Below, piece by piece: positions 25,599 through 37,780 of a DNA stretch of 64,000 nt. A program made the translations under genes and the position numbers. Under the pieces are notes generated by a model, which worked only from the letters and a program-made list of their open reading frames with translations, searched no databases and was not told the origin of the DNA. Every line of letters begins with the position of its first letter. Within the stretch, counting starts at the first letter, position 1. The stretch is from the NCBI RefSeq assembly GCF_006345805.1, contig NC_043007.1:73408001-73472000 (forward strand), read 5' to 3'. The stretch comes from Octopus sinensis. Its lineage: Eukaryota.

Positions 25599-25858
25599 TA
25601 CTCCATATACATACATCCCACCTCACTTATTCCGCTACTCCATATACGTACATCCCTCTTCAATTATTCCACTACTCCATATACGTACATCCCTCTTCAC
25701 TTATTCTGCTATGCCATATACATACATCCCTCTTCACTTATTCTGCTATGCCATATACATACATCCCTCTTCACTTATTCTGCTACTCCATATACGTACA
25801 TCCCTCCTCACTTATTCCGCTATTGCATATATGTATATTTCTCCTCACTTATTACTGC
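25599..25858 (+). repeat. 37-bp minisatellite, about 7 copies (TACTCCATATACGTACATCCCTCTTCACTTATTCTGC)
   Basis: Unit starts at 25599, 25636, and so on. Confidence 0.9.
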
Positions 25859-26014
25859 TAAACAACTACACAATCTTCAGAGATATTAATTATATGAAAA
25901 GGTAATAGCTTTTACTTTTTCTGCTCATATCACAAACCTCACCCATAACACAAAGTTGTTCTTTAAAGGATTATGGAAGATCATAAGACTTACTGTGGCC
26001 CTCTGCAACCAACT

Positions 26015-26230
26015 AGATGAAGTCACTAGTGATTAGGGTGGTGTTAATTCCTGGACCTGGCAGTGCATTGTGTTGTGTTGGGCAAAACACTTCATTTCAC
26101 ATTGTTCTAGTTCACTCAACTGCAAATGAGGAACCCTGCAACAAACTAGCACCCCATTCAGGAGGCAATGTTGTGATCTTGGTCACTTGTACAACATGGA
26201 AACCAAGTAACTGGCCTCATGCATCCAAGT
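26015..26230 (+). mobile_element. Degenerate tRNA-derived SINE (D-like)
   Basis: ctagtgattaggg..gttaattcc; gcaaaacacttcatttcacattg, shared with 30440. Confidence 0.5.
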
Positions 26231-27022
26231 ACTCAAGACAGTTATGTCCAGGGGTTGATATTTACTGTAGCTAACCAGCATCTTTGAATAGTAAGTTTTA
26301 AAATATTGAAGATCTTCAACCACCACCACCACAAACATTTAATTCTGAACAGTTGTTACTTGAAGGACTAGAATTTGTAACAAAATTAGTGGAAGCTCAA
26401 TTCCTCCACAAATCAAGTTTATCTTTTATTTGGCCTCATTCAAGCTACAATTGTAGATAGTAAAGCTATGTTATTGAAATACCTTTTCCAATGTTAAGAG
26501 TACACAAAACTACAGTACAGACTAAGCTAATTCAAACAAGTTTAATCACCATGGCTCAATATCTTAAAACCTCAACTAGCTATTTGCAGTAAAATTGTTA
26601 TATAATGAAGATTAAGGTTGTTCAGCTAGTGATAGTTATAGCAACATTTGTAGTTTAAATTTTCTCTCTCATTAGTTATGGAAAGAAATTTAATAGCAAA
26701 CCTCATATCAACCACTTGATAACTGACCTATTTAAAATTTGACAAATTTAGACATGTTTATACTTTGTTTTCTTATAGACTAATATGGGTTGTGCAGGTA
26801 TTACTGTGTGGTTCTAGGTCTGACCCAACCTTCACTGCAGATTACCTGTCACTCAGGTAACACAATCTGTCAACAATTGCTGATGAGCCTTCCAGGCATT
26901 TGAAAAAGAGAAGGAAAAAATGTTCACATCAAAAATAAAAAGAAAAGTGAAAACAAATCCAAATTTCTTTTATCATCTAATCTAGTTTAGAAATAATATA
27001 TTTAAACTGAAGTCACTTAACT

Positions 27023-27028
27023 TTTATT
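27023..27028 (-). terminator. Candidate polyadenylation signal AATAAA for BicD
   Basis: AATAAA about 410 nt after the candidate stop, with T-rich sequence downstream on the minus strand. AATAAA is common in this AT-rich DNA. Confidence 0.25.
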
Positions 27029-27439
27029 CCTACTTGTACAATTCTTCTCTACAAATGTAAGCCATAGCATTTACACTTAAAAAATGGAGAGGATGGGAGG
27101 AAAAAAGGAAAAGACAATAAGCAAATAATCCTTGAAAATAATTTTGATACAGGAAATTTTGAGCTGTAAGAAAATAGCACAAGTGAAAACTGAAGTACTT
27201 ACATTGAATAGCAAATAAAATGAAAGCAACAAAAATGCCTACATTATTTTCATTAAACAGTAAAAATTTTAAATAGTTTTTCTGTAATAACAATTTCCAT
27301 AAAAACGAAAAGGAAAAAAATCTGCGGATAGAAGAGATTTGACTTGAAAATAGGCAATAAGCAGGTAGCTGACAAAGTGTATTACACGTCACAGCAGACA
27401 AGAGACTGTACATACCCAGATATAGTTTACTTTGGATGT

Positions 27440-27483
27440 TTAAATGCACCTGAACGACGGAAGGAACAGCAGGTTTGAGGCAT
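27440..27483 (-). CDS. Candidate BicD terminal coding exon ((D)ASNLLFLPSFRCI* after the micro-exon; MPQTCCSFRRSGAFKHPK*, stop at 27427, if the micro-exon is skipped)
   Basis: Acceptor taattactttttgtcag|ATG at 27484/27483. Short CpG-containing segment in AT-rich DNA, followed by U-rich UTR-like sequence and an AATAAA. Phase fits both upstream routes. Confidence 0.4.
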
Positions 27484-28287
27484 CTGACAAAAAGTAATTA
27501 AGAACCTTCAAGAATGTGAAAAGAGACAAGGGTAGGCAATGATTGCTACAAAATATGCCTCATTAACCAAAGACTGTGGCATTGTTTTAATAATGCCAGT
27601 GTAAAAGTAAAACAAAACTAAAAATTGGTAATGATTAAGGATTGGTGGTAGCAAATGAACACAAAATGTGCAGTGGATCCATCAACTTGGAATAAATCTG
27701 ACGAACCGATTTTGAAACTTACAACTAAAATTTGAACAGATTTTCAAAACAGCTACAATAAATATATACACAATTTAATGGAAAATATTTATTCCAGCCA
27801 ATTAGAAGGTAGTAATAATAACAACACTGATGACAGAAATTCTGTATAACATTTAACAGATTTATAATAAAAACTGATAACTAAAATACTTGGATTGCTA
27901 AGTCATAGCAAGTTATCCAGACTAACATTAAGTCATATCAATTTTACTCTACAAACCAAGTAAAAGAAAGGAAGATGGAAAGATGCAGTATGGGATAAAG
28001 CAGATTGGTCATAAGTACAATATTTTCAACTGACAATTGAGTACTAATTCTCAATTACAAATATTGCAATCATAGAAATAGTCTTAAAAACTTGCATTGA
28101 GAGGAAGAGATATGCAGGGAAGCAGGTAATGTATTTATATCAACATTTTATATATTTACACACACATAATTACATATAATCATATTTATACATGAATAAG
28201 TATAATTACATATAAACATATGTACATACACACACACAAAAAATACATAAAGTATGCATGTAGATATATGAACATAATATGTACATA

Positions 28288-29295
28288 CACATTGATGAGT
28301 TGGACAAAATAATGGAAACATTTTTTCTATTGGTAATATGACAAATTCAAAACTGATCTAGTATATATGTATGCGTCCATATGCATTATGTATGCCTTGT
28401 AGTTCATGACATGGCCTTTTTTTTTTTTTTGCAGGTATTTATATTTAAATAAGTTAAAATGCATGACATGTCTGATTTCCGAAGAGGACAAATTGTTGGA
28501 ACAGAGAAGGTTGGAATTTCTGTCACTAAAACTGCTGAATTGCTTAATATTTCTAGAGATAGTCTCTTAAAATCATGTTGGCATTCCAAAACCAAGATCA
28601 AACCAGATCTGACAAGCGTAATTCTGGACAGAAGGAAAAACTCAGAGAGAGGGAATACGGCAGTAAAAATGACAGCAGAGCCAACCCTGTGTTACCCAAA
28701 ACCATTTGTTGTGAGTTCCATAAAGCTGGACATCATGAAAGACTTCCAGAATGGCTCAATGGAACAATATCTTTTCCAACGAACCATCATTCACCTCTTT
28801 TCTCCATTTTGAAGCAAATTTATGTCTGAAGACAGCCCAGATAAACTTGACTGTATGGCATAAAAATACCTCTGTGATGATTTGGACAGCCTTATGGAAT
28901 TCTCTAGGCACTTTAGTTATTCTACATGGCAGAATTAATGCCGATAATTATCTCAGTATTTTGGTTGATCATGTCTATCCAATGGTAGCACAATCTTTCA
29001 AGATAAAACAATTCACATGGCTAATTTGATATGAAGAGTTCAAAAGTGAAGCAGACTATATGGATTAGTTCCTACAATCACCAGATTGCAATATAAATGA
29101 ACATTTATGGGCATTTTGGAGCTGCTTCTCTCCATCATCACTGAAAGAACCAAAGTAGGTTTTACTAGAAGAATTGCTCAAAATTTCCCCCAGCAACCAC
29201 TCAGAACCTATACAAGTCAATTCCTCAAGGTGAGGTGGACCAACTTCATATTAACAAAGCATTTTTAAATTGTTTCCATCAGTGTTGACCAATAT
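28288..29295 (+). mobile_element. Defective Tc1-like transposon (second family, short TIRs)
   Basis: MSDFRRGQIVG N-terminus; LVILHGRINADNYLSILVDHVYPM; degenerate SPDLN.IE motif; TIR remnants ttggacaaaataatggaaaca / tgtttccatcagtgttgaccaa. Confidence 0.7.
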
Positions 29296-29509
29296 ATATA
29301 CACACACACACACAGAGTTACTTACATATATACAGACACGATACATATATACATATTGCGTATGTACATGCACATACAACTATAGATTTACACATATCTA
29401 TACACACATATACACAGCACACATGTATGCATACATTCATGCATCATATAAACATACACATGTACCAATATATACACATACATAAACACAAAGACACTAC
29501 ATACAGATA

Positions 29510-29640
29510 TTGATGTCTGGTTAAGAAGTTTGCCTTCAAACCACCTAGCTTCAGGTTCAGTCCCACTTTGTAGCAACTTGAACAAGTTTCTTCCACTACA
29601 ATACCAAGCTCAGACAAAGTCTTGTGAGTGGATTATGTTC
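29510..29640 (+). mobile_element. SINE family B fragment
   Basis: ggttaagaagtttgcc..ggttcagtcccac. Confidence 0.6.
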
Positions 29641-29740
29641 ATACATCCAAATATACACATCTATTCAGATACAGACACACATAGCCACATGTACACACAT
29701 GTAAACCAAAGTCTAGGAGTTACTAAGTTTCAGAAATTAA

Positions 29741-29923
29741 TCCTTTAGCATTTAAACTGGCTAAGTTGGCCCGAATATTCTGATTTATTTTCAAATTGGC
29801 CAGATTTAGCCTCTCACACCAACCCTACATCATTGAAATCTCGAAGCTACAAGATATTGCATGATCAATTCAAAGCAATGTGAAATAGGCATTGCATTTG
29901 ACAGTAATCTGAATGCTAAAGGG
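29741..29923. mobile_element. piggyBac-type MITE with TTAA target duplication
   Basis: TTAA|tcctttagcattt...aatgctaaaggg|TTAA. Confidence 0.8.
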
Positions 29924-30054
29924 TTAAAGCTTAAATATATTAAGATTTTATATTACAGGGGTTGGGGTGGAATCCTCATTTTTTTTTTTGTGATTAATTT
30001 CATCTTCAGATAATGAAAGGAATGTGTCTGAAATGTTCTCAGGTGATTCAAATT

Positions 30055-30240
30055 TCTTGCAAGTCATCATTTAATGTTCATTTTCCATGCCGACAGGAGT
30101 TGGACAGTGTGAAAGGAGCTTGCCAGCTGGAAGAGCTGCCCAGGCTACAATTCTCTGTTTTAGCAGACTTTCTATGGCTGGATTGCCCCCCTAATGCCAA
30201 CCATTTTACAGTGTGCACTGGGTAATTTTTATGTGGCACC
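30055..30240 (-). mobile_element. SINE family C
   Basis: ctatggctggattgccccctaatgccaacc. Confidence 0.65.
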
Positions 30241-30439
30241 AAATTAAGATATCGAATGAAAACAAGAGCTAAACCTAGACACCTTAATGTCCAAGATGAG
30301 TTTTTAGTGAGATGAAATATTTAAAAAAAATTTATATCTACAGTTTCCCTCTCTAATTGCTAGGAGGTGACATTCCTGGATATATATATATATATATATG
30401 TATATATGCGCGTGTGTGTGTGTGTGTGTGTGAAGGCAT

Positions 30440-30700
30440 ATAGGTGCATGATTTAGTGGTTAGGGTCTTACCCTCACAACCACAAGATCATTGTTTTGAT
30501 CCCCAGACTGCCAATGTGTTGTGTTTGTGAGCAAAACACTTCATTTCACATTGCTCCATTCTACGCAGCCGTAAATGGGTAACAAGCGATGGACTAGCAT
30601 TCCAATCAAGGGAAATGTTGGCCTGCCTACCAAGACAGCAGGGTGGCATCATTTGAAAGCTACAACAGTGCAAGGAAGCGCATTGTGACATGCAGCGATA
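30440..30700 (+). mobile_element. tRNA-derived SINE (D-like head; gatggactagcattcc motif)
   Basis: ttagtggttaggg..ttttgatcccc; gtaaatgggta; follows a (TA)n(GT)n tract. Confidence 0.6.
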
Positions 30701-31854
30701 TAATACAAAATAGGATTTGAGCTAGAAGCCTCTACTTCTAAGGATAACAACACTTGCCCATTAAACATATGTATTGTTATATTTTATTGCTACTTAAATT
30801 TATCTTTCAGGAAAGGTAGTCATATTGATCCAATATCAACAGTGAGATAACTGACTGGATTACTATTAAACATCATATACAGAAGTTTCCATTTTTTTTT
30901 CATCAATTACAGAAATTTCCTTCCGTAGTAGTATATGTTTCCTTTCTTGTACCATACGCATTCAACCATTCCTCACTTAGCTGTTTCTCCTCTCATTAAG
31001 ATTTCCAAAGTTCCTCTATTCTGACCTTTAGATGCCAACTTTACTGAAAGATAAATTTAAACAATGAGAAAATATAACAATTGTGTATGCATCAGTGGCC
31101 TAGTGAATAAATGTTATTACTCAATTTAAAGATTGAAGTTCCTAGTTCTAATCCACTTTGGTAATACATACATGCTCAAGAATAAGACACCTGATAACAG
31201 CGAAATATTGAAACTTGACAAATATTCTTTTCAACAACCTTTCTCAAGGTGAGGTTAATAGTTGGAAAAGTTATTCTATAAGAGTGTCTTAGACTATTTA
31301 AGTTATATTTATTAAAAGTCCTGATTTTCATATGTCAAATAACTTAATATTCATATACATTACAGGTGAAGAATGAATCCATGATGATTGTCATTTATTT
31401 TACATGGAACACAAGTGAAATGATGATGAGACTTGAGCAGCACAGTTTCTGGGCTAGCTTACCTCAAAATATTAATAGTACAAAACATTGAAAATGTCAC
31501 TTGTACTAATCAACCACCAGCACATTCTAACATCTGTCAAATATACAACAAACAAAAACAAAAAAAAAAATGGTGTTTGGAAGAGCTCAGGATATAAAGA
31601 TGAAATGAGAAACACTGATTATGGTAGAGAAATCTGCCTAGAAAAAGAAAATTCCTTCAAAGAAAATGCTTATGGTAGATGGTTTGGATATGATCTCAAT
31701 GACAATAATATTCAGACATTACACAACATAAATTTAAATCCTCATAATTAGAATGGAGATAATGAACAAACAATTGGTAAATAGACTTCAGTAAATTGAG
31801 AAAGAAAAAAAATACTAGTCCTGTGGACACCAATGATATTCAAGGAGAACACAC

Positions 31855-31888
31855 CATTACTATTTGGGGACTGGGGAGGTGCAGCAGG
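31855..31888 (-). CDS. Candidate 34-nt BicD micro-exon (PAAPPQSPNSN + 1 nt)
   Basis: First AG after a long pyrimidine-rich tract (...tattttctgcatgttactgcacaag|CCT); donor AATG|gtgtgt. Phase 0 fits the exon-2 donor at 41470. There is no transcript evidence. Confidence 0.45.
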
Positions 31889-32789
31889 CTTGTGCAGTAA
31901 CATGCAGAAAATAGATAAGACAAATAGACACACAATTATTACTAAGCATACTAATAATTTATAAACATAACAGTGAAAGAATGAGTCAACAGACTGACAA
32001 ATTTATCTTGATAATGAATGGTCCTACAAGAGTGAAATGATTGGTGAAAACGTATAGAAATATTAAGATATGAAGGGGGAAAAAACATGAAATATTAAAA
32101 CTACACAACAAATGTAATTTCAGCTTACTTTATTTTAGAAATATTCCTTCCAAGTAGTGATATTTGGCAAGTGAAATATTTTCCTAAAATTAATTCCTGA
32201 GGATACAATGAATGATCAAAATAATACGGACACCTAGATCCAACCATGCCAATGACTAAAATACAAAAATGTTTTAAAAGCAAACCATGGGAGCCTTCAA
32301 TCACAGCTAACAACCCTGTAGTCTATGTTGTAAAGAGGCCCGAAATAAAATAACCCTGGTTACTTCATTGAATTATAAGTGTTAATGTTTCAACTGTAAA
32401 TCTAAAGAAACTGATGTATATAGACATGATAGAAAAAGAGTGGCAATGGTGGTGGTGATATCTAAACATTTTCACATTGGTTTGCTGAAGTTCATTTAAC
32501 TATGGGATGAGGGCAGGGTAACTTAAAATTAATTGTATTTGATGGCTTAAAAAATGCAAGAGCATATTAGACATCCCAATTTCAGTAGCACTTACTCAGG
32601 AGTTAAATGTTTTAGAGCATTAAAGCCTGAAGTATAGGCCCAGCTTCTCTATAGGTGGGGTTTTTTTTTTTGGAGACTTTTTTTTTTTGGAGACATTTTC
32701 TTTGAGAAAAAGGATCTCAAAAACCATCAAATGCAGTACCTACTAGCCAACATGCTTGAGACATTTAGCTGTAATAAATTATGCTACAA

Positions 32790-33000
32790 ATTTGAAAGCA
32801 TGGATCTAAAATTTATATATCCTGCTGGTAATACATAAAAAGCAGCCAATACACTAAAGTGGCTGGTGTGAGGAAAGGCATCTGACTGTAGAAACCATGT
32901 CAAAAGAGACTGTGGAACCTGGTGCAGCTCCTGGACTTGCCAGCTCCTCTTAAACCATTCAACCCATGCTAGCAAGGAAAACTGAAGTTAAATGAAGATT
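32790..33000 (+). mobile_element. SINE family C
   Basis: aggaaaggcatctgactgtagaaac..aacccatgctagca. Confidence 0.65.
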
Positions 33001-33248
33001 TCACATTGAACCAAACCTAAAAATATAAGCTTAAATACAACAGGATTTTGTAATATAGTATTCTAAGTTAAGCAACTACAATGTATAAACTAAATATTCT
33101 CTCCTGATACGTTATAATGTAGGTAGCACAAATTCAAAGCAGAATACAAAATATTTCCAGTGTTTGAAAATCCTAATCTGATTTCTTCAATCAGTCTCAT
33201 TTCTGAGAAAAATAATTACATTCAATTGTTGTATGACAAGTTCAATGC

Positions 33249-33282
<34 letters not shown>

Positions 33283-35974
33283 AACGGCAATTAATTTACA
33301 TCCAACTAAAAGAATTTTGCTCATTTCCTGTTGACTCCCGGAAGTATGCTATTATAGTTTTATAGTAATAGAACCGGTGCAAACCATTGAATCAGAATTG
33401 AAAGCTTATAAACATTTGAGCCTGCTTTAGATCAACCTCAAAATACTATTATTCATAAAAGTTGCTGGCCAGTATTATAGTAGTATACAGTAATAATTTT
33501 TAACATGAAACTTCTAGTTTCAAACTCAATCTAGTACTGCCTTAACACATTTCTTAAAAGAAATAATTTGGAATCAGTGTCACAATCATTGCACTGTATT
33601 TATGACAGAATGTATAGAGGAGATAAATTACCAAATTAATATTTTTTTAAAGAGAGAAATATGGAAAATATGAAGGTTGTTTAATTTTTAAATAAATAAA
33701 ATATGCCAATATTTTCAATAATTATAGACAATCATAAAAGAAAAAGAAATACAAATAAAAGTTAAAATATTGAAAACAAAAATTCTTTGCAAGATTCTAT
33801 GATCATCCTAAAATAAATGTTACCTAAATAACATTCAGCTTATTCAGAAGTTAAATTATATTAGAAACAACTGCATTTAGTTAATCATGAAAACCAGATA
33901 AATTCTTTATTCAGATTTGTTTCATTTTGTAATATTAAATACCATCAAGTCTCTTTTGTCAAACATTGATGACCTGATCACTGATATGGTTGTAATAAAA
34001 CATCAAGTGACCAGGTTACTGATGCAAGATAAAATACAGAAACTTAATACAAATAGTATTACAAAATGAAACAAAAGCCTTTAATATAGGAAGGTGTATG
34101 TGTTTTAAAAGGTTTCTCATGACAATACAAGTGCTTCAGTTTGAACACAAACTCTTGGATGAAGTCACTCAAGTGCAACTCCAAAATATTTTAAAGATTC
34201 TTTTTTTCTTTAACTGAAGGGCTGAAATAAAGTGCAATCTTCATTCTGGTGAATACAATATATAAAAAATATATATAAACATGCAAAAAAAAAAAAGTAA
34301 ATGAATGCAAATAGATATACCATATCTCTTAATGCTGAAAAAATCTTCACAAACTTACTCAGAGTTTCATGTGACCATTCATTAGACACTTATGATAATA
34401 CTGGATTCAGTATTATCAGTGAGACTGAGTAATAGTTTGTGAAGATTTTTTTTTCGGTTTTATTAAAACAGTTCATTACTCTACCTTTGGTATTCGAGTA
34501 CTGTTGTCTTCACTTTTGTTTTGCACCTATGTGCTTACTTGTGTGTGTGTGTTTGAATGAGTGTTTAATGCCAAGCAGCTGCAGATGGTTAATTATATAC
34601 ATGTAATTAAATAAAATTATATCACCAGTTGATCAGTTGAATCATTAACGCCTTTAGTTTATTGATTATTTTAATCACTTCACCTAAAACCTTTCAGATT
34701 CTGAAACCCTAGTAAATATGGTATTTTTATATTCTCTCATGAAAATAGATAAAAAAAATAGGATGTTTTGATTAACAGTTTCTCATGCAATAAGACTGTT
34801 AGTATCCAAGACTGGGCTTGGTTATTTTGAATCTGTATTTGCAAGTGTTGAACACGGGGAAGGTAAGGGAAACCAGCTTAGATAATGTAGAAAAGTTGTT
34901 AGTGTTAGATGATAAAGAAGAGGAGGATAACATCTGCTTTTGCAGAGGGAAAGGTTGTACTCAACTACATCCATCTATAAGACTAGCAAAAGTATTCCAT
35001 AAACTGATCTAATGCAGTTAACAGACTAGATGATAGAACAATGAAGCAAAGAATTAAGGTACAAGTTAAAAGGTTCAATTATACTACCAAATACGATCAT
35101 AGTTGCATAAAAAAATTTTTTAATATAATTTGTGTAAAAAAAAAAAAAAAGTACTCGTGCCACCAATCCGAATAACTAACATGTTTCAATGAAGACTATG
35201 CTTACTACCCTATTTTAATGACATGCAGTCATCAATATACTCTTCACACTTCAAATGTGACTGTTTAGAACATTTTAGTGGAGTTTTTGAGATTCAACTA
35301 TATATTCACATATGTGTGTCTGTATGCACACACAGAATACAAGATGCACAGTATGTTTGTAAACAAAAAAACCCAAAAAAAAACAGCAGCGTATTTCGAC
35401 TGTAAATTTAACTAATTGGCATATCTTATACACACACATGTATAAATACATGTATCACACACACATGTATCACACACACATACCATGTGTGCACATACAT
35501 CCACATAAATGCATACTTACATGTACATACACCTGCTTCTACTTATCAATCCAAACACATCTACACAGATACATACAATTAAATAGAACCCATGGCAAGG
35601 CCTATATTATTTAATAAAATTGATAGAAATTCAGTGAATTTGTCCTGGTGAATGGAAAAATTCAATGTTTTAGACAGTTCTTCTTCGGGGAAACGTTGAC
35701 AGGATATGTATATAAGCATATTATATATATATATATACATACACACACCTGCTTCCACTTATCAATCCAAACACATAAACATCTATACAGATACATACAA
35801 TCAAGTAGAACCAAAACAGACTGATGTTGGGTCTACATTGGCAAGACCTACATTATTTAATAAAATTGTAAAAAGTTCAGTGAATTTGTCCTGGTGTGTG
35901 GAAAAATTCAATGTTTCAGACAGTTCTTCCAGGAAACAAAATGATATGTATGAGGTGTGTGTGTGTGTGTCTAA

Positions 35975-36200
35975 TCCTGTTTTAATGCCTACTTTTCCAT
36001 GCTTTCATGGCTCAGGTCAAGTTTACTGAGGCAGATTTCCTATAGCAGGATGCCCTTCCTGTCACTAACCCTCACTTGTTTCCAAGCAAGGTAACATTTC
36101 CCACTGATCAGAGGTTTTCATTACTACATTGGACATGAATGATAGTTTATGCAACAAGGATATGCATTCACTATCATGCTATATGAAGACAACACACACA
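35975..36200 (-). mobile_element. SINE family C variant
   Basis: gcaggatgcccttcctgtcactaacc; like 13870-14035. Confidence 0.6.
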
Positions 36201-37549
36201 CACACATACGAACTTCTTTGACTCACAAGAATTTGGTTAGTCAGAGGCCAAAGTCCCATGAAGTAGGACTGATTCTAAAATGTGGTTGAGAAGCAAACCA
36301 CTTAACACCTTAGCCCATGTGTGTGTATACACAAACATGTATATCAACACCGATATGATGTCCAATGAGACAATTGGTCTTGGTTGAGACCTGTTTACCA
36401 TGTTACTAAACAGTCATTTTCTTCAATAATTTTGTCGGACTGAACCAGGGTCAGTAAAGAAATCTTAGTTGAAACTGACTTCAAAGTTATTTAAAAGGTC
36501 TAAATTGTGGCCATTACCTTCCTGTCAGAACTTAATCTATTTGACAATTACATATATGACAATAACCTTTACTTAATTACTGACAAAAAAATGTTAATAC
36601 TTTATGAAAACAATGTATTCTATCAAAACTAATGGTTTTAGCTACAACAAATGAATTAACTTATGCAAATGTAAGCATTGCCAAAACATTGCTGTGTAAA
36701 GAGTATTTATGAAATGGTAGCCAATAAATTAAAATGGATTCTTTATAAGAATAGAATCCATAAACGCTTGTCCTGTTGCAGTGAACATATTTCCTGAGTG
36801 TATGCCAACATTTGATTCCAACTGGAATATTTGTCAGGACTACAAACAGTATATCTTGCAACCATCACAAGCAGTTGTTGACTATTTCACATCCAGCAAT
36901 GATTACATTTATCCAATGTAAATCTATTTGTATTTTCAGACAGTATTTACAAGGACTTTAATGATGATACTTATGTCTTAACAAGAAATTGTTTATCTTT
37001 GTAAACATTTTGCACATGTTAGTCTTTTGGTTTTGACATGTTCACAAAGAAGAGTGAATATAAAAATTCAGGACCTGTTCTTTTTTCACCTTTTCTTCAC
37101 CATATACCGACAAGAACACAGAAGCAGGGGGCAACAACTCTTGTGTAAGTTGCCAGGCTGTTTATATAGCTCTCCAGCAGAGGTAAGCATAAAATGTGCT
37201 CAGAACAGATTGGAAGCCATCTTGAAAGAGGATTAAGGAGAAACAAGAATTGCATTGATGCTCCAGTATGAAACCCCTTAGATTTAAATTCATTGAAGAA
37301 TATAACACTATAGGCCTTCAAGTTAGTGCTCTGCTGATTATATTCTGAATGAGACTGCTGAGCAGGTGATACTCTTTCAGAAAAGGCCCAAAACTTTCAA
37401 ACCTCAAAACGGCTTGTGTAGCTGTAGAGTTGAAGTAAATGGCCTACAATATTTCAAGGAACTCACAAACTATGCAATGCCTGTGAGATAGCTATATAAA
37501 TAATCTGTCTAAGATAGTGAATTGCAAGCGAGTCTTCTTTTTTCATGCC

Positions 37550-37780
37550 AACATCATTATTTAACATCCACTTTCCATGCTGGCATGGATTGAACAGTTT
37601 TCATTGAGTAGCAGCAAGCCCAGAGGCTGCACCAGGCTCCAATTCGATGTGGCAAAGTTTCTACAGCTGGACGCACTTCCTAATGCCAACCACTCCGAGT
37701 GTAGTGGGTACTTTTTAAGTGCCAGTCAGGTGGCACTGGTATCAGTCATGCTTGACTGGCATTCTTTACATGCCACCAGC
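37550..37780 (-). mobile_element. SINE family C
   Basis: ttctacagctggacgcacttcctaatgccaaccactccgag. Confidence 0.7.

Noticed and set aside
25565-25905. Three overlapping Y/H/P-rich ORFs
   Set aside because: Artefact of the stop-free 37-bp minisatellite.
26870-26900. ctgatga-gcc-ttcca-ggc-attt-gaaa hammerhead-like core
   Set aside because: Four extra nt before GAAA, and no stem I, stem III or NUH.
37085-37190. Possible plus-strand (antisense) exon ending CAGAG|gtaagc
   Set aside because: Splice-like signals only; no partner exons or coding signal.
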